This document shows positions 1 to 8,997 of a stretch of 64,000 nucleotides of DNA, in pieces. This DNA comes from a virus (taxonomy: Duplodnaviria; Caudoviricetes). The position numbers and the translations under genes are program-made. Each line of letters starts with the position of its first letter. The first letter of the stretch is position 1. The notes below the pieces were generated by a model. That model was not told where the DNA came from, made no database searches, and saw nothing but the letters and a program-made list of their open reading frames with translations. The stretch is taken from positions 311 through 64,310 of IMG/VR virus record IMGVR_UViG_3300047440_000434; one strand, given 5' to 3'.

Positions 1-75
1 GACGAAGTGACGGATCTTCAGGTTATATTCCACTGGTTTGGCGCGCAGCCTGTGCACGATGAACTGGTCGCTCAC
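1..75 (-). CDS. Hypothetical protein, partial (runs off window start)
   Basis: GTG at 75-73 overlaps the terL stop (GTGA coupling); frame is open to position 1 (MSDQFIVHRLRAKPVEYNLKIRHFV). Confidence 0.5.
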   Translation of the reverse strand, partial: MSDQFIVHRLRAKPVEYNLKIRHFV

Positions 76-1544
76 GTCCATCCTCCCGACTGTATTCTTG
101 GTTTCGTCGACGTTACCCGCGATACCATCGACCGCATCGCCTTGCCCGTGAGATCCGCCTGAACCGAAAGGCAACCGTATTGCAACGCATCGGCTACATC
201 GGAATACGGATGGTTGTTCTTCTCCGGTTTGTCGTCGAGGTGGCCATCGCGTCGGCGGCGGTAGTGGTACTGGGATGCCAGCGCCCTGATCAGGATTGGA
301 CAGCCCATCCGCGATATCTGGAGGGCGGGCTGACCCATTATTGTCTGCCTGAGGAGCTTTTCCACCGCCAGCAACCTCGGCGGGATGTCGTTGGTAAGCC
401 CTGGATACGCGAGAAACCCGGCACTCCGAAGCACGTCGAACGCCGTTTCCTCTGTGTGCTGCGACCGCTGGGCCCCGGCGGGGTCGGCCACCACGTAGGA
501 TCGCTTGCCCTGGAACGGCTCCATCATCAGGCGCGGGCGTAGGCGTTCCGCCACCATCTGATGCAGCCCCATGTCGTCGGTGACGATCTCCTCGAAAATA
601 AGATATCTTCCGTAACTATCCACCTGCCCTATCAACGCGCAGGGCGTGCGACCGAAATCCATCGCGATCAATATGGGCCGCATCGGATTGACGACGACTT
701 CCATGTCCACGACGTGGGTGTTGGCATCAAATGAGCGGCGGAACACCGCCTGACCCGCGTTGGACGTGCCCCACTCGGATCTTATTTGGGTAGCGATACG
801 TTCTTCCGACGAGCCGGACATCGCGTTCTCGTAATAACCCGGCGGCAGGTTCTCCAGGTTCTCGGCCTGGGGAGAGAGCCCGCTGGGCTGATGGTATAAT
901 ACCCATTTCACATCCGGATTGAGCACGAGAGCTTCGTGATAGGGGGAGTCGACGTCCCACGGGTTGCTGTCGGCTATGAGTCCGAACCATGTCGGTCCGC
1001 CGTTGATCTTGGACGGAAACCGGCCCAGGCGTTCCATCAGCGCGGAGACGATATCGTAGGGCACTTCGCGGATCTCGTTCACCCATGCGCCGGTCAGCTG
1101 CATCGACAACAACCGTCGCACGTCCTCCTTGGTGTCCAGGGGTATGAGCACCCAGTCGGAGTGGACCGACGTGCCGTCCTCCAGGTCCGCGCGTATTTGG
1201 ATAGTAGAGTCGGTGACGAAATACCGGATCATCGGATTTAGGTACTGCATTACGTCGTTGAGTACAGTGGTGCGCAGTTGCTGCATCGTATTACGGATAA
1301 GGGCGAAACGGGTGGAGCGCCGACCGTTGCCGTCGGGTTTTTGCATCCGTGCCCGGCGCAGCAACTCCATGATGCAGCCCATGGACTTGCCGGAACCCAC
1401 GGGTCCGACGATGAACCGGACCAGATGGTCGTCCATCATGAACCGCTCGACCGTGGGCGGCGGGATGTAGATAAGCTGGTTCGGGTCCTCGGGGCTGTTG
1501 TATGCCGGGGGCAGGTCCAGGGTGGCGTGGTTGAGAACGGGCAT
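72..1544 (-). CDS. terL: Terminase large subunit
   Basis: Walker A GPVGSGKS, Walker B GAWVNE, RNase-H-like acidic motifs MDFG / DPAG / SDVADA; 490 aa. Confidence 0.93.
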   Translation of the reverse strand: MPVLNHATLDLPPAYNSPEDPNQLIYIPPPTVERFMMDDHLVRFIVGPVGSGKSMGCIMELLRRARMQKPDGNGRRSTRFALIRNTMQQLRTTVLNDVMQYLNPMIRYFVTDSTIQIRADLEDGTSVHSDWVLIPLDTKEDVRRLLSMQLTGAWVNEIREVPYDIVSALMERLGRFPSKINGGPTWFGLIADSNPWDVDSPYHEALVLNPDVKWVLYHQPSGLSPQAENLENLPPGYYENAMSGSSEERIATQIRSEWGTSNAGQAVFRRSFDANTHVVDMEVVVNPMRPILIAMDFGRTPCALIGQVDSYGRYLIFEEIVTDDMGLHQMVAERLRPRLMMEPFQGKRSYVVADPAGAQRSQHTEETAFDVLRSAGFLAYPGLTNDIPPRLLAVEKLLRQTIMGQPALQISRMGCPILIRALASQYHYRRRRDGHLDDKPEKNNHPYSDVADALQYGCLSVQADLTGKAMRSMVSRVTSTKPRIQSGGWT

Positions 1545-1834
1545 CAGGTCAGTCCGATCTTACTACGGTCGTGAATGTTCCTGGGACCGCCCTGCGCTTC
1601 GAGTTCCCAGCGCGCCGCCTGTTCGTCCAGGCTGGCGGCGGCGTCCGCCCGGCTGATCTCCCCGCCTTCCATCACGCCGCCCCCGCCGGGGCCGGTGGCC
1701 AGCATGATGGGCGGATACCCCCGCGCCGCTTCCACCCGCAGGTCCGCCGCCATCTTCCTGCATGCCCTCGCCATCAGGAACGGGTCGAGGGCGTAACTAT
1801 TACGCATCGTGCCCCGGCTTCGGTCCCTGGCCAT
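1544..1834 (-). CDS. Hypothetical protein
   Basis: Stop overlaps terL start; likely start MARDR at 1834 behind GGGGA. Confidence 0.6.
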   Translation of the reverse strand: MARDRSRGTMRNSYALDPFLMARACRKMAADLRVEAARGYPPIMLATGPGGGGVMEGGEISRADAAASLDEQAARWELEAQGGPRNIHDRSKIGLT

Positions 1835-1844
1835 GGCATCCCCG

Positions 1845-2015
1845 TTATAAACGTCCGGTGAGGAGCAATATGAGCAGGACGAGGAGAAGCACCCCGCCGA
1901 TACCGAAACCATAACCATAATATGGGCCCCCGGCGAAACCCGATCTGTAGCCGTAACCTCCTCCCAGCACGAGGAGGATGATCAGGACGACCAGGATCAG
2001 CATCAGCGGGCTCAT
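1845..2015 (-). CDS. Small two-TM membrane protein, DUF3309-like (56 aa; not in ORF track)
   Basis: Hand translation MSPLMLILVVLIILLVLGGGYGYRSGFAGGPYYGYGFGIGGVLLLVLLILLLTGRL; ATGA coupling with the upstream gene. Confidence 0.75.
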   Translation of the reverse strand: MSPLMLILVVLIILLVLGGGYGYRSGFAGGPYYGYGFGIGGVLLLVLLILLLTGRL

Positions 2016-2227
2016 GTGCGTGGGCTCCCATCGGGGTTACGGGTGATCGCGACGTTCACCCACATCGCGTTGGCCCGGTGCGCGCGGATGATGAAATCCT
2101 TATCCGGCCCGTCCGGCAGGTGCTGTTCCAACATGTCGCAATAAACCTTCGCCGAGTAGCGCAGGACTTTCATCGTATTCTGTTGCGCCTCGGTCGGCAT
2201 CAGGTAATCGAACGTGCTCGGGTGCAT
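2012..2227 (-). CDS. Acb2/Tad1-like helical-hairpin protein (putative nucleotide-signal sponge)
   Basis: Pattern F-D-Y-x-x-P...LP-D-G-P-D-K...AMWVNVAITR; AGGAG SD. Confidence 0.55.
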   Translation of the reverse strand: MHPSTFDYLMPTEAQQNTMKVLRYSAKVYCDMLEQHLPDGPDKDFIIRAHRANAMWVNVAITRNPDGSPRT

Positions 2228-2236
2228 GGCTCACTC

Positions 2237-2962
2237 CTATGGTGGGATTACTATGTCACGCCCGTCGGGCTCGACGGGTTCGGCCTTGATGGTGGTGAAT
2301 GTCTCGGTCTTGCCCGCGTTGGCGAACATGATCTGGATGGAGAACTTCGTCGCCTGGGGGCCACCGGAGCCCTGAGCAGCCGCGCCGTTACCCGTTGCCT
2401 GGGACCCGGCCATGATGGAGTGCTGCTTGACGGCATCCAGGCGCGTCTGCGCGGGCTGGTTCGGGTCCAGCATGATCCGCGCCGTGGTGGGGAGCGCGGC
2501 CAGCACGGCATGGCCGGATAGCTTTTTGATCCGCTCCTGGACGTTCTCGTCGCTCTCCCAGATCGCCCGGTATTCCTTGATCCTGCGCCGGATGACGTGC
2601 TGGTCACGCAGGAAATCCGCCATCTGGGCCACGTCGGTGAAGCCATAACGGATCGCGATGGTCGCATACGTGTCCACGTTCTGGGCCACGTCGGTGCAGA
2701 ACGCGTAGAGCACCTGGGGAGTGAACGAGGGCACCTGATCCAGGACCGCCGTGGCGTCGACGACGCCGTTTATCACCTCCTGGTCGGCCCGTTCCTCGTC
2801 GTCCGGCTCGGTTACTACGGGAGTAAGGTCCAGATCCGGACCGGGCCCCGTGCTCACCGTCATTTCAACAGGTGTTTCAGATACAATCAGGGGTTTTTCA
2901 CTCCTGACCCAGTTACTGAAAGGGCTGTCCTCACTATCCATGGTGGTCTCCACCGGGGTCAC
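2237..2962 (-). CDS. Putative terminase small subunit
   Basis: First gene of the terL operon; helical core with acidic N-terminus; size and position. Confidence 0.55.
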   Translation of the reverse strand: MTPVETTMDSEDSPFSNWVRSEKPLIVSETPVEMTVSTGPGPDLDLTPVVTEPDDEERADQEVINGVVDATAVLDQVPSFTPQVLYAFCTDVAQNVDTYATIAIRYGFTDVAQMADFLRDQHVIRRRIKEYRAIWESDENVQERIKKLSGHAVLAALPTTARIMLDPNQPAQTRLDAVKQHSIMAGSQATGNGAAAQGSGGPQATKFSIQIMFANAGKTETFTTIKAEPVEPDGRDIVIPP

Positions 2963-3030
2963 GCACCCTATGTGGTTGCCACATAAGTGATTTATACGCT
3001 AATGGGAAATGATACGAGGGGGCAAACCCA
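2963..3030. promoter_or_regulatory. Divergent promoter region with inverted repeat TATGTGG-TTG-CCACATA (2969-2985)
   Basis: 68-bp AT-richer gap between head-to-head terS and portal genes. Confidence 0.55.
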
Positions 3031-5262
3031 TTGCCAGTGGCCCAAGCAGGTCTGTCGTCCAGTTCTTACCCGGCCCAGGCCCGTTCGGCTGGCGAGAACG
3101 GTGGTTTTCTGCGTGTCGTCTCCCCGGCGCAGCTAAATCAGCGCGATCAGGAGGCGAATACCCGCCGCGCGAAGGCCAGTAAGCCCCTGGAGACCCCGGA
3201 TCTGGGGTCCTGGATCAGGCAACAGTGGTTTATCTTCAGAAATCACCGAAATCAGGGCAATAACCCCATAAATGAGCGCCTTTTGCGCGCTCAGCGCATG
3301 TTTGAGGGCAAATATGACGCCACCAAACTGTCCCAGATCCAGGCTTTTGGCGGTTCCGAGGTCTATTCGCGCATCGTGGCGAACAAAAGCAGGGGTGCCA
3401 CGGCGCTTTTGAGAGACGTTTATCTCGGCACGGAGCGCCCCTGGACGCTCAATCCGGTCACCGATCCGCCCATTCCGCCCGAAATTCGGACCGCTATCCT
3501 GCAGTTGATCGCCACCGAGGTCGACACGCAGCGTCAGGCGGGCCAGCCGGTGGAGGAAAATCAGGTCCACACCCGCTACGTCACGCTGCTGCACTCGGCG
3601 CAACAGGCCACCCGCCGCAACGCGATGATGCAAGCCCACGCCGCCGCCGACAAAATGGACGACATCCTCCAGGCGGGCGGGTTCTATGAGGCCATGGGCG
3701 AGTTCCTGCAGGACCTGCCCCTGTTTCCCTTCGCCGTCCTCAAGGGGCCCGTCGTCCGCATGGTCCCCCGGCTGACGTGGCTGGACAAGAAACCAAGTAT
3801 TCAGAACAAGCCGGTCATGTTCTGGGAACGGGTCAACCCGTTCGACGTCTACTGGTCCCCCGGCGCTTCGGCGCTCGCCGACGCGGCCATCATCCAGCGC
3901 GTGAGATACACACGAGCGGATCTGAACGACCTGCTGGGCGTGCCGGGCTATGACGAGACGGCGGTGCGCAACGCGCTCACCGACTACGCCAACGGATTAC
4001 GCGAGTGGCTGGACGCGCCTGATCCTGAACAGGCCATCAACGAGGGGCGGGAAGATCCATCCCTGAACCGGTCCCAGTACATCGAGGGGATCGAGTTCCA
4101 CGGCAATGTACAGGGCCAGACGCTCTTGGATGAGGGCGTAAACCCCAAGCTCATTCCCGACCCGGACCGCGAATACATGATCCAGTCCTGGGTCGTCGGA
4201 CGTTGGACGATCAAGACCCAGATCAATCCCTCCCCGCGCAAGCGTCATCCGTTCTACCTCACCAGTTTCGAGAAGGTCCCCGGCACCATCGCCGGGCACG
4301 CGCTGCCGGATATCCTGGAGGACATCCAGGAAGTCGCCAACGCCGCGTTCCGCGCCCTCGTCAACAACCTCTCGATCTCGTCTGGGCCGCAGGTCATCGT
4401 CAACGACGAGATGGTTTCGCCCACCGAGAACGGCGACGAGCTATATCCGTGGAAACGCTGGCATGTGCAGGGCGATCCGCTGGGTAACCAGCGCGAGCCG
4501 GTTACGTTTTTCCAACCAACGTCGAACACCCAGGAACTCCTGGGCGTCATCAACGCGGTCAACACCATGGCCGACGAACAGTCGGCCATCCCCAGGTATC
4601 TGACCGGAGAAAGCCTCTCTGGAGGTGCCGGGCGCACGGCGTCCGGCCTCGGCATGTTGATGAACAACGCCGCCAAGATCCTGCAGACCGTGGCGGCGAA
4701 CATCGACACCAACGTCCTGGAGCCGCTGATCGAGGCGCTCTATGAAATGATCATGCTGACGGACACGTCGGACATGCTCACGGGCGAGGAGCAGATCAAA
4801 GTCCTCGGCAGCAAGGTCTCGGCGCAGAAAGAGACCGAGCGCCAGCGGCAACTACAATTCCTGCAGATCACCGCGAACCCGATTGATGGACCCATCATCG
4901 GCCAGATCGGGCGTGCCCGGCTGCTGCGGTCGATCTCGGAGGGCATGGGGCTGCCGGACGACATCGTGCCCGACGACCAGACCCTCAAGGCCCAGGAGGA
5001 CGCCCAGAAGCGTCTTCAGGCGGCGGGCATGGCCGTTCAGGCGCACGCCCAGGCCGCTGGTGCCCACGCACCGGGCCCGCCAGGGCAGGAGCAGGAGAAG
5101 AAACCGGGAGAGCCCCAGGGTCCGCCCGGTCCGCCGGGCCCGCCGGGGATGCCGTCTCCGGGGGCACAGGCGCAAGGCGGTCAGTCACCCAAACCAGGAC
5201 CGCCCCAGGGACCTCGCGTCAACTCGTTTAGCCAGGGCACAGGAGCACCAGCACATGTCTGA
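3031..5262 (+). CDS. Portal protein
   Basis: 743 aa, first gene of the head operon; RTASGLGMLM motif typical of podovirus portals; Pro/Gln-rich tail; TTG start after GAGGGG. Confidence 0.85.
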   Translation: MPVAQAGLSSSSYPAQARSAGENGGFLRVVSPAQLNQRDQEANTRRAKASKPLETPDLGSWIRQQWFIFRNHRNQGNNPINERLLRAQRMFEGKYDATKLSQIQAFGGSEVYSRIVANKSRGATALLRDVYLGTERPWTLNPVTDPPIPPEIRTAILQLIATEVDTQRQAGQPVEENQVHTRYVTLLHSAQQATRRNAMMQAHAAADKMDDILQAGGFYEAMGEFLQDLPLFPFAVLKGPVVRMVPRLTWLDKKPSIQNKPVMFWERVNPFDVYWSPGASALADAAIIQRVRYTRADLNDLLGVPGYDETAVRNALTDYANGLREWLDAPDPEQAINEGREDPSLNRSQYIEGIEFHGNVQGQTLLDEGVNPKLIPDPDREYMIQSWVVGRWTIKTQINPSPRKRHPFYLTSFEKVPGTIAGHALPDILEDIQEVANAAFRALVNNLSISSGPQVIVNDEMVSPTENGDELYPWKRWHVQGDPLGNQREPVTFFQPTSNTQELLGVINAVNTMADEQSAIPRYLTGESLSGGAGRTASGLGMLMNNAAKILQTVAANIDTNVLEPLIEALYEMIMLTDTSDMLTGEEQIKVLGSKVSAQKETERQRQLQFLQITANPIDGPIIGQIGRARLLRSISEGMGLPDDIVPDDQTLKAQEDAQKRLQAAGMAVQAHAQAAGAHAPGPPGQEQEKKPGEPQGPPGPPGPPGMPSPGAQAQGGQSPKPGPPQGPRVNSFSQGTGAPAHV

Positions 5263-5443
5263 GAACAAAGTCGAGCGCACCAGCAGCGGTTCGTCGATGA
5301 AAGCATCCGGCGGCGGATCGAGCGGCGGGAATACGGGCCCCACCGGTTCTGGCCGCAGCTACCCGAAAGGGAAGTCGATCCGCCGTACGGACTGGAACCC
5401 GGAGAAGAAGCCCGCTTCCACCTACGGAATTTGCGGAGCGTGA
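5255..5443 (+). CDS. Small Gly/Ser/Lys-rich protein
   Basis: AGGAG SD then ATG 5255 (MSENKVERT); coupled to neighbours. Confidence 0.6.
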   Translation: MSENKVERTSSGSSMKASGGGSSGGNTGPTGSGRSYPKGKSIRRTDWNPEKKPASTYGICGA

Positions 5444-5643
5444 CGTCCGACATCCTGCAGTTCTTCGCCTACGAGCATCTGCCGGAACATCTGGCCAAGG
5501 TTAGCGCGCCGTTCGGTCAACTGGCGCGCGAACTGGTCGCCAATCTCCCGCGCAATCCAGAGCGTAGCGTGGCGCTGCGCAAATTACTCGAGGCCAAGGA
5601 CGCCGCCGTGCGGGCGAGACTGTACAAACCACCGGAGGGGTGA
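5440..5643 (+). CDS. Conserved small phage helical-hairpin protein (possible distant Acb2/Tad1-like)
   Basis: FFAYEHLP...LPRNPERSVALRKLLEAKDAAVRA; GGAG SD and GTGA coupling. Confidence 0.7.
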   Translation: MTSDILQFFAYEHLPEHLAKVSAPFGQLARELVANLPRNPERSVALRKLLEAKDAAVRARLYKPPEG

Positions 5644-5644
5644 C

Positions 5645-5983
5645 ATGGCGCTATTGCCCATTGGTGCTGGATCGGGCGTGGGTGGGACGCTGTTCGGTGG
5701 CGGGGGCGGCATCGGCGGCCCCTTCACCACCAAGGTCGGTGGCGGCAAGGACGCCAGCCACCAGCAGCTGGGCTCGCCGCACGCGGGCACCAAAAACACC
5801 CTGACCAAGGGCGATCCGGCCCTGCGCTCGATGGGTCAATACGGGAAGGGCGGCAAGCTCGGGGTGACGTCGCGCATCCAGGGCATCAAGGGCGGCATCA
5901 CCCGCCCCGTGGGCGGGCTCGGGCCGGGGCGTAAGGGCCAGCCTGGGCCGAAGGGCGACTACAGCATGAAAAATCCGTTCTGA
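5645..5983 (+). CDS. Gly/Lys-rich basic protein
   Basis: GGAGG SD; in operon. Confidence 0.65.
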   Translation: MALLPIGAGSGVGGTLFGGGGGIGGPFTTKVGGGKDASHQQLGSPHAGTKNTLTKGDPALRSMGQYGKGGKLGVTSRIQGIKGGITRPVGGLGPGRKGQPGPKGDYSMKNPF

Positions 5984-6002
5984 TTTACTCCGGGAGTGAA
6001 GC

Positions 6003-6281
6003 GTGAGTGTGAATTTAGGCAACGACGCGATCATGGCGATCAAGGAACTGCGCGGTAACTCCCACTTCGAGAACCTCGTGGCTCACCTGGGAGCGTTCGC
6101 GCAGAACATGGTGCTCTCGTCGTGCGACGCCGACGTGAACACCCGCGTCGACAAGACCGCCTATGCGCGGGGTTTCTATCACATGTGGCAAGCGATCCAC
6201 GCCGCGCACGCTGATCTGCACATGAGTCAGGTGAAGATGGCCCCACCGAAGGGCGTGAAGGGAGCAATGGCCAATGTCTGA
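6003..6281 (+). CDS. Hypothetical protein upstream of scaffold
   Basis: SD supplied by the 17-bp motif at 5984-6000; typical portal-scaffold linker position. Confidence 0.7.
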   Translation: MSVNLGNDAIMAIKELRGNSHFENLVAHLGAFAQNMVLSSCDADVNTRVDKTAYARGFYHMWQAIHAAHADLHMSQVKMAPPKGVKGAMANV

Positions 6282-7308
6282 CACGATCACGCATCAGCCG
6301 TACCTGCCCGACGCCGTTCGCCGCGCGTCCGCCCGCGCCGACGAGCTTGCCCGTGAAGCGGGCGTGGCCAACGTACCCGACGCGCCCGAGGGTGATACTC
6401 CCGTAGTAAACAACGATCCGCCGACGCGGGAGACGCGGTTCGAACTGACCCCGCCGCCCGAGGACCTGGATGCGCCGCGTGACCCTCCACCCCAACACCA
6501 GGGCAACGAGTGGGAGCAGCGTTATAACACGCTGAAGGGTAAGTACGACTCCGAGATCCCCGAGCTACGCGGCCAGTTACAGTCCGTGCAGACCATGATG
6601 GCGCAGATGAACCAGCCGCGCCGGGCCGAGGACACGTTCGAGAACGTGCCGCGCTCGCGCCCGATGCCGCCGCCCACGCGCGAGGTGCCCCCGGAAGATG
6701 TCGAGGCTTATGGACAAGACCTGATCGAGGCGTCGCAGCGTTGGGCCGACGCGCGATACGCGCCCATTTTACAAGACTACGAACGGCGTTTGATCGCGGT
6801 CGAGTCGGGCAACCAGCAACTGGCGACGTACACGACGCAGCGTGGCGTGGACGCGTCGCTGACCCAGGCCGTTCCCGACTGGGAACAGATCAACGTCGAT
6901 CCGAAATTCATCATGTGGCTGGACCAGCAGGACGTGTTCAGCGGGCAAAAACGCAAACTTCTTATTGACAACGCTTACAATTCGGGCGATGCGGGAAGGA
7001 CCATCGCGTTCTTCCGTGCGTACAAGAACGAGCAGACCGTGGTTGGCCAGCAGCCAGGGACACAGACGTTCCAGACCGATCAGGCGGAACGGCTACCCCT
7101 CGCCGATCTGGCGGTGCCTGGACGAGGGCGTAGCGTCTCGTCACCAGCACCCGGCGCTCCTGAGTCACGCATTTGGACGACGGCGGACGTCAACGCGTTC
7201 TATCGACAAAAGCAGCGTGGATATTGGAACGGACGTGAAGCGGAAGCTGAGCGTCTGGAGCGCGATATCATTCTGGCTCCACTCGAAGGGCGCTTCCGTC
7301 AGTCATGA
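6274..7308 (+). CDS. Putative capsid scaffolding protein
   Basis: Directly upstream of the capsid gene; coiled-coil (WEQRYNTLKGKYDSE) and C-terminal EGRF. Confidence 0.7.
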   Translation: MSDTITHQPYLPDAVRRASARADELAREAGVANVPDAPEGDTPVVNNDPPTRETRFELTPPPEDLDAPRDPPPQHQGNEWEQRYNTLKGKYDSEIPELRGQLQSVQTMMAQMNQPRRAEDTFENVPRSRPMPPPTREVPPEDVEAYGQDLIEASQRWADARYAPILQDYERRLIAVESGNQQLATYTTQRGVDASLTQAVPDWEQINVDPKFIMWLDQQDVFSGQKRKLLIDNAYNSGDAGRTIAFFRAYKNEQTVVGQQPGTQTFQTDQAERLPLADLAVPGRGRSVSSPAPGAPESRIWTTADVNAFYRQKQRGYWNGREAEAERLERDIILAPLEGRFRQS

Positions 7309-7338
7309 CATCCCCATTTGTGAGAGGAGCGGCCTTCC

Positions 7339-8280
7339 ATGGCCATCACAGTAGCGGCAACCCCATTCGCGGGTGCCAACCAGACCCCCGCGTACCATGG
7401 CACGTTCATCCCCGAGATCTGGTCAGGTAAACTGATCGAGAAGTTCTACTCGGCCACCGTGCTCAGCGCCATCGCCAACACGGACTACGAGGGCGAGATC
7501 AAGAACCAGGGCGACGTGGTTCACATCCGCACCAAGCCGACGATCACGATCAGGGATTATCAGGTCAACCAGGACCTGCTCATTGATCGCCCGTCCAGCA
7601 ACATCGTCGACTTCACCATCGACAAGGCGAAATACTTCAACGAAGCCCTCGACGACATCATGGAGGTCCAGTCGGACATCAACATGCTGTCGCTCTGGTC
7701 GGACGACGCCGCCGAGCAGATGAAGATCGTCATCGACACCGACGTGCTCACCACCATCGACGCGGGCATCGTTCCGGCCAACAAGGGTGCCACGGCGGGA
7801 CGCATCTCGCTGAACATCAACCTGGGTGCCACGGGCGCGCCGATCCCGATCACGCCGCTGAACATCATCGACAGCATCGTGGACATGGGCACCGTGCTGG
7901 ACGAGCAGAACATCCCGGAGACGGGGCGTTGGCTGGTCATCCCGCCGTGGGTGGCGGCGCTGATCAAGAAGTCCGACCTGCGCAACGCGTCCATCTCGGG
8001 CGACGGCGTGTCCATGACGCGCAACGGGCGGCTGGGCATGATCGACCGGTTCACCCTCTACTCGTCCAACCTGCTGCCGACGGCGACCGAGGGTGCGACC
8101 AACGCGTTCCGCATCTTCGCCGGTCACCCGCATGGTCTGACTTTCGCGAGCCAGATCACCAAGCTGGAGCAGATGCGCTCCGAGCGTTCGTTCTCGACCT
8201 TGCTGCGTGGCCTTCAGGTCTACGCGTCAAAGGTCCTGGACGGCATCGCCATCACCGAACTCTACGCCATTCGGGGATAA
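7339..8280 (+). CDS. Major capsid protein
   Basis: FIPEIWSGKL...DYEGEIKNQGDVVHI motif of P22-coat-like capsids; strong GAGGAG SD; very biased codons. Confidence 0.9.
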   Translation: MAITVAATPFAGANQTPAYHGTFIPEIWSGKLIEKFYSATVLSAIANTDYEGEIKNQGDVVHIRTKPTITIRDYQVNQDLLIDRPSSNIVDFTIDKAKYFNEALDDIMEVQSDINMLSLWSDDAAEQMKIVIDTDVLTTIDAGIVPANKGATAGRISLNINLGATGAPIPITPLNIIDSIVDMGTVLDEQNIPETGRWLVIPPWVAALIKKSDLRNASISGDGVSMTRNGRLGMIDRFTLYSSNLLPTATEGATNAFRIFAGHPHGLTFASQITKLEQMRSERSFSTLLRGLQVYASKVLDGIAITELYAIRG

Positions 8281-8297
8281 GTTTACTCCCGTCGTAA

Positions 8298-8319
8298 ACC
8301 GCTGGCTTCGGCCAGCGGT
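8298..8319 (+). terminator. 9-bp hairpin with C(UUCG)G tetraloop after capsid gene (attenuator or stabiliser)
   Basis: ACCGCTGGC-TTCG-GCCAGCGGT; no U-tract; directly follows the motif copy at 8282-8298. Confidence 0.5.
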
Positions 8320-8332
8320 AACGGAGGTTCGC

Positions 8333-8713
8333 ATGGCGAAACGCAAGGGCTACGCCCAAGGCGGCAAGGTCACCACCGGTAACGCTGACTTTCGCGGGGA
8401 CGCGGATATTCGCGGTATTCCCGACACGCCCCGAGGCAGGGCGTTCACGGGCGACGCGGACGTTCGCGGCATCCCCAACACGCCCACGCCCAGCGGGCGA
8501 AAGTTCGGCATGGAGAATAAATTCGGTCCCAGCGCGGCACCGGGTTTCGCCAAGGGCGGCAAGGTTAAATTCGAAGGCACGAAAAAGGATATGGCGCAGG
8601 ACAAGGCGGGCGCGAAGAAGATGGGCATTTCCCAGCGTGCGTATGAGAAAACCGCCAAGGACAAAGCCCAGGATAAAGCCGGTCAACGCCAAATGTATGG
8701 GAAGCGCAAATGA
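8333..8713 (+). CDS. Basic virion-associated protein with internal repeat
   Basis: GGAGG SD; GYAQGGKV and GFAKGGKV motifs; GDAD(I/V)RGIP(D/N)TP twice. Confidence 0.7.
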   Translation: MAKRKGYAQGGKVTTGNADFRGDADIRGIPDTPRGRAFTGDADVRGIPNTPTPSGRKFGMENKFGPSAAPGFAKGGKVKFEGTKKDMAQDKAGAKKMGISQRAYEKTAKDKAQDKAGQRQMYGKRK

Positions 8714-8997
8714 GAGCACCATCGAATTTGAAAGCCGCGAGCAAGGGCGCGGGCAAGACCAAGATGCCCGCCGGTTTCGGTGCCCCGAAGAAGTCGGGAC
8801 CCAAGCTGCCCACGGGCGTCGCCGGTCCGCCCGCCCCGCCAGCGCCCGCCGGTCCGCCCACGCTGGCATCGGGTGGCCCCGGCGCGCCGAGCGCGTCCTC
8901 GGCTCCCGACGGGCCCGTGCCGCCCATGGGCTTTAACAAAGGCGGTAAGGTGAAGAAGTCCATGCCGTTCAAGCCATTCAAGAAGGGCCGTCGCTAA
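8710..8997 (+). CDS. Pro/Lys-rich small protein
   Basis: ATGA coupling; GFNKGGKV motif. Confidence 0.65.
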   Translation: MRAPSNLKAASKGAGKTKMPAGFGAPKKSGPKLPTGVAGPPAPPAPAGPPTLASGGPGAPSASSAPDGPVPPMGFNKGGKVKKSMPFKPFKKGRR

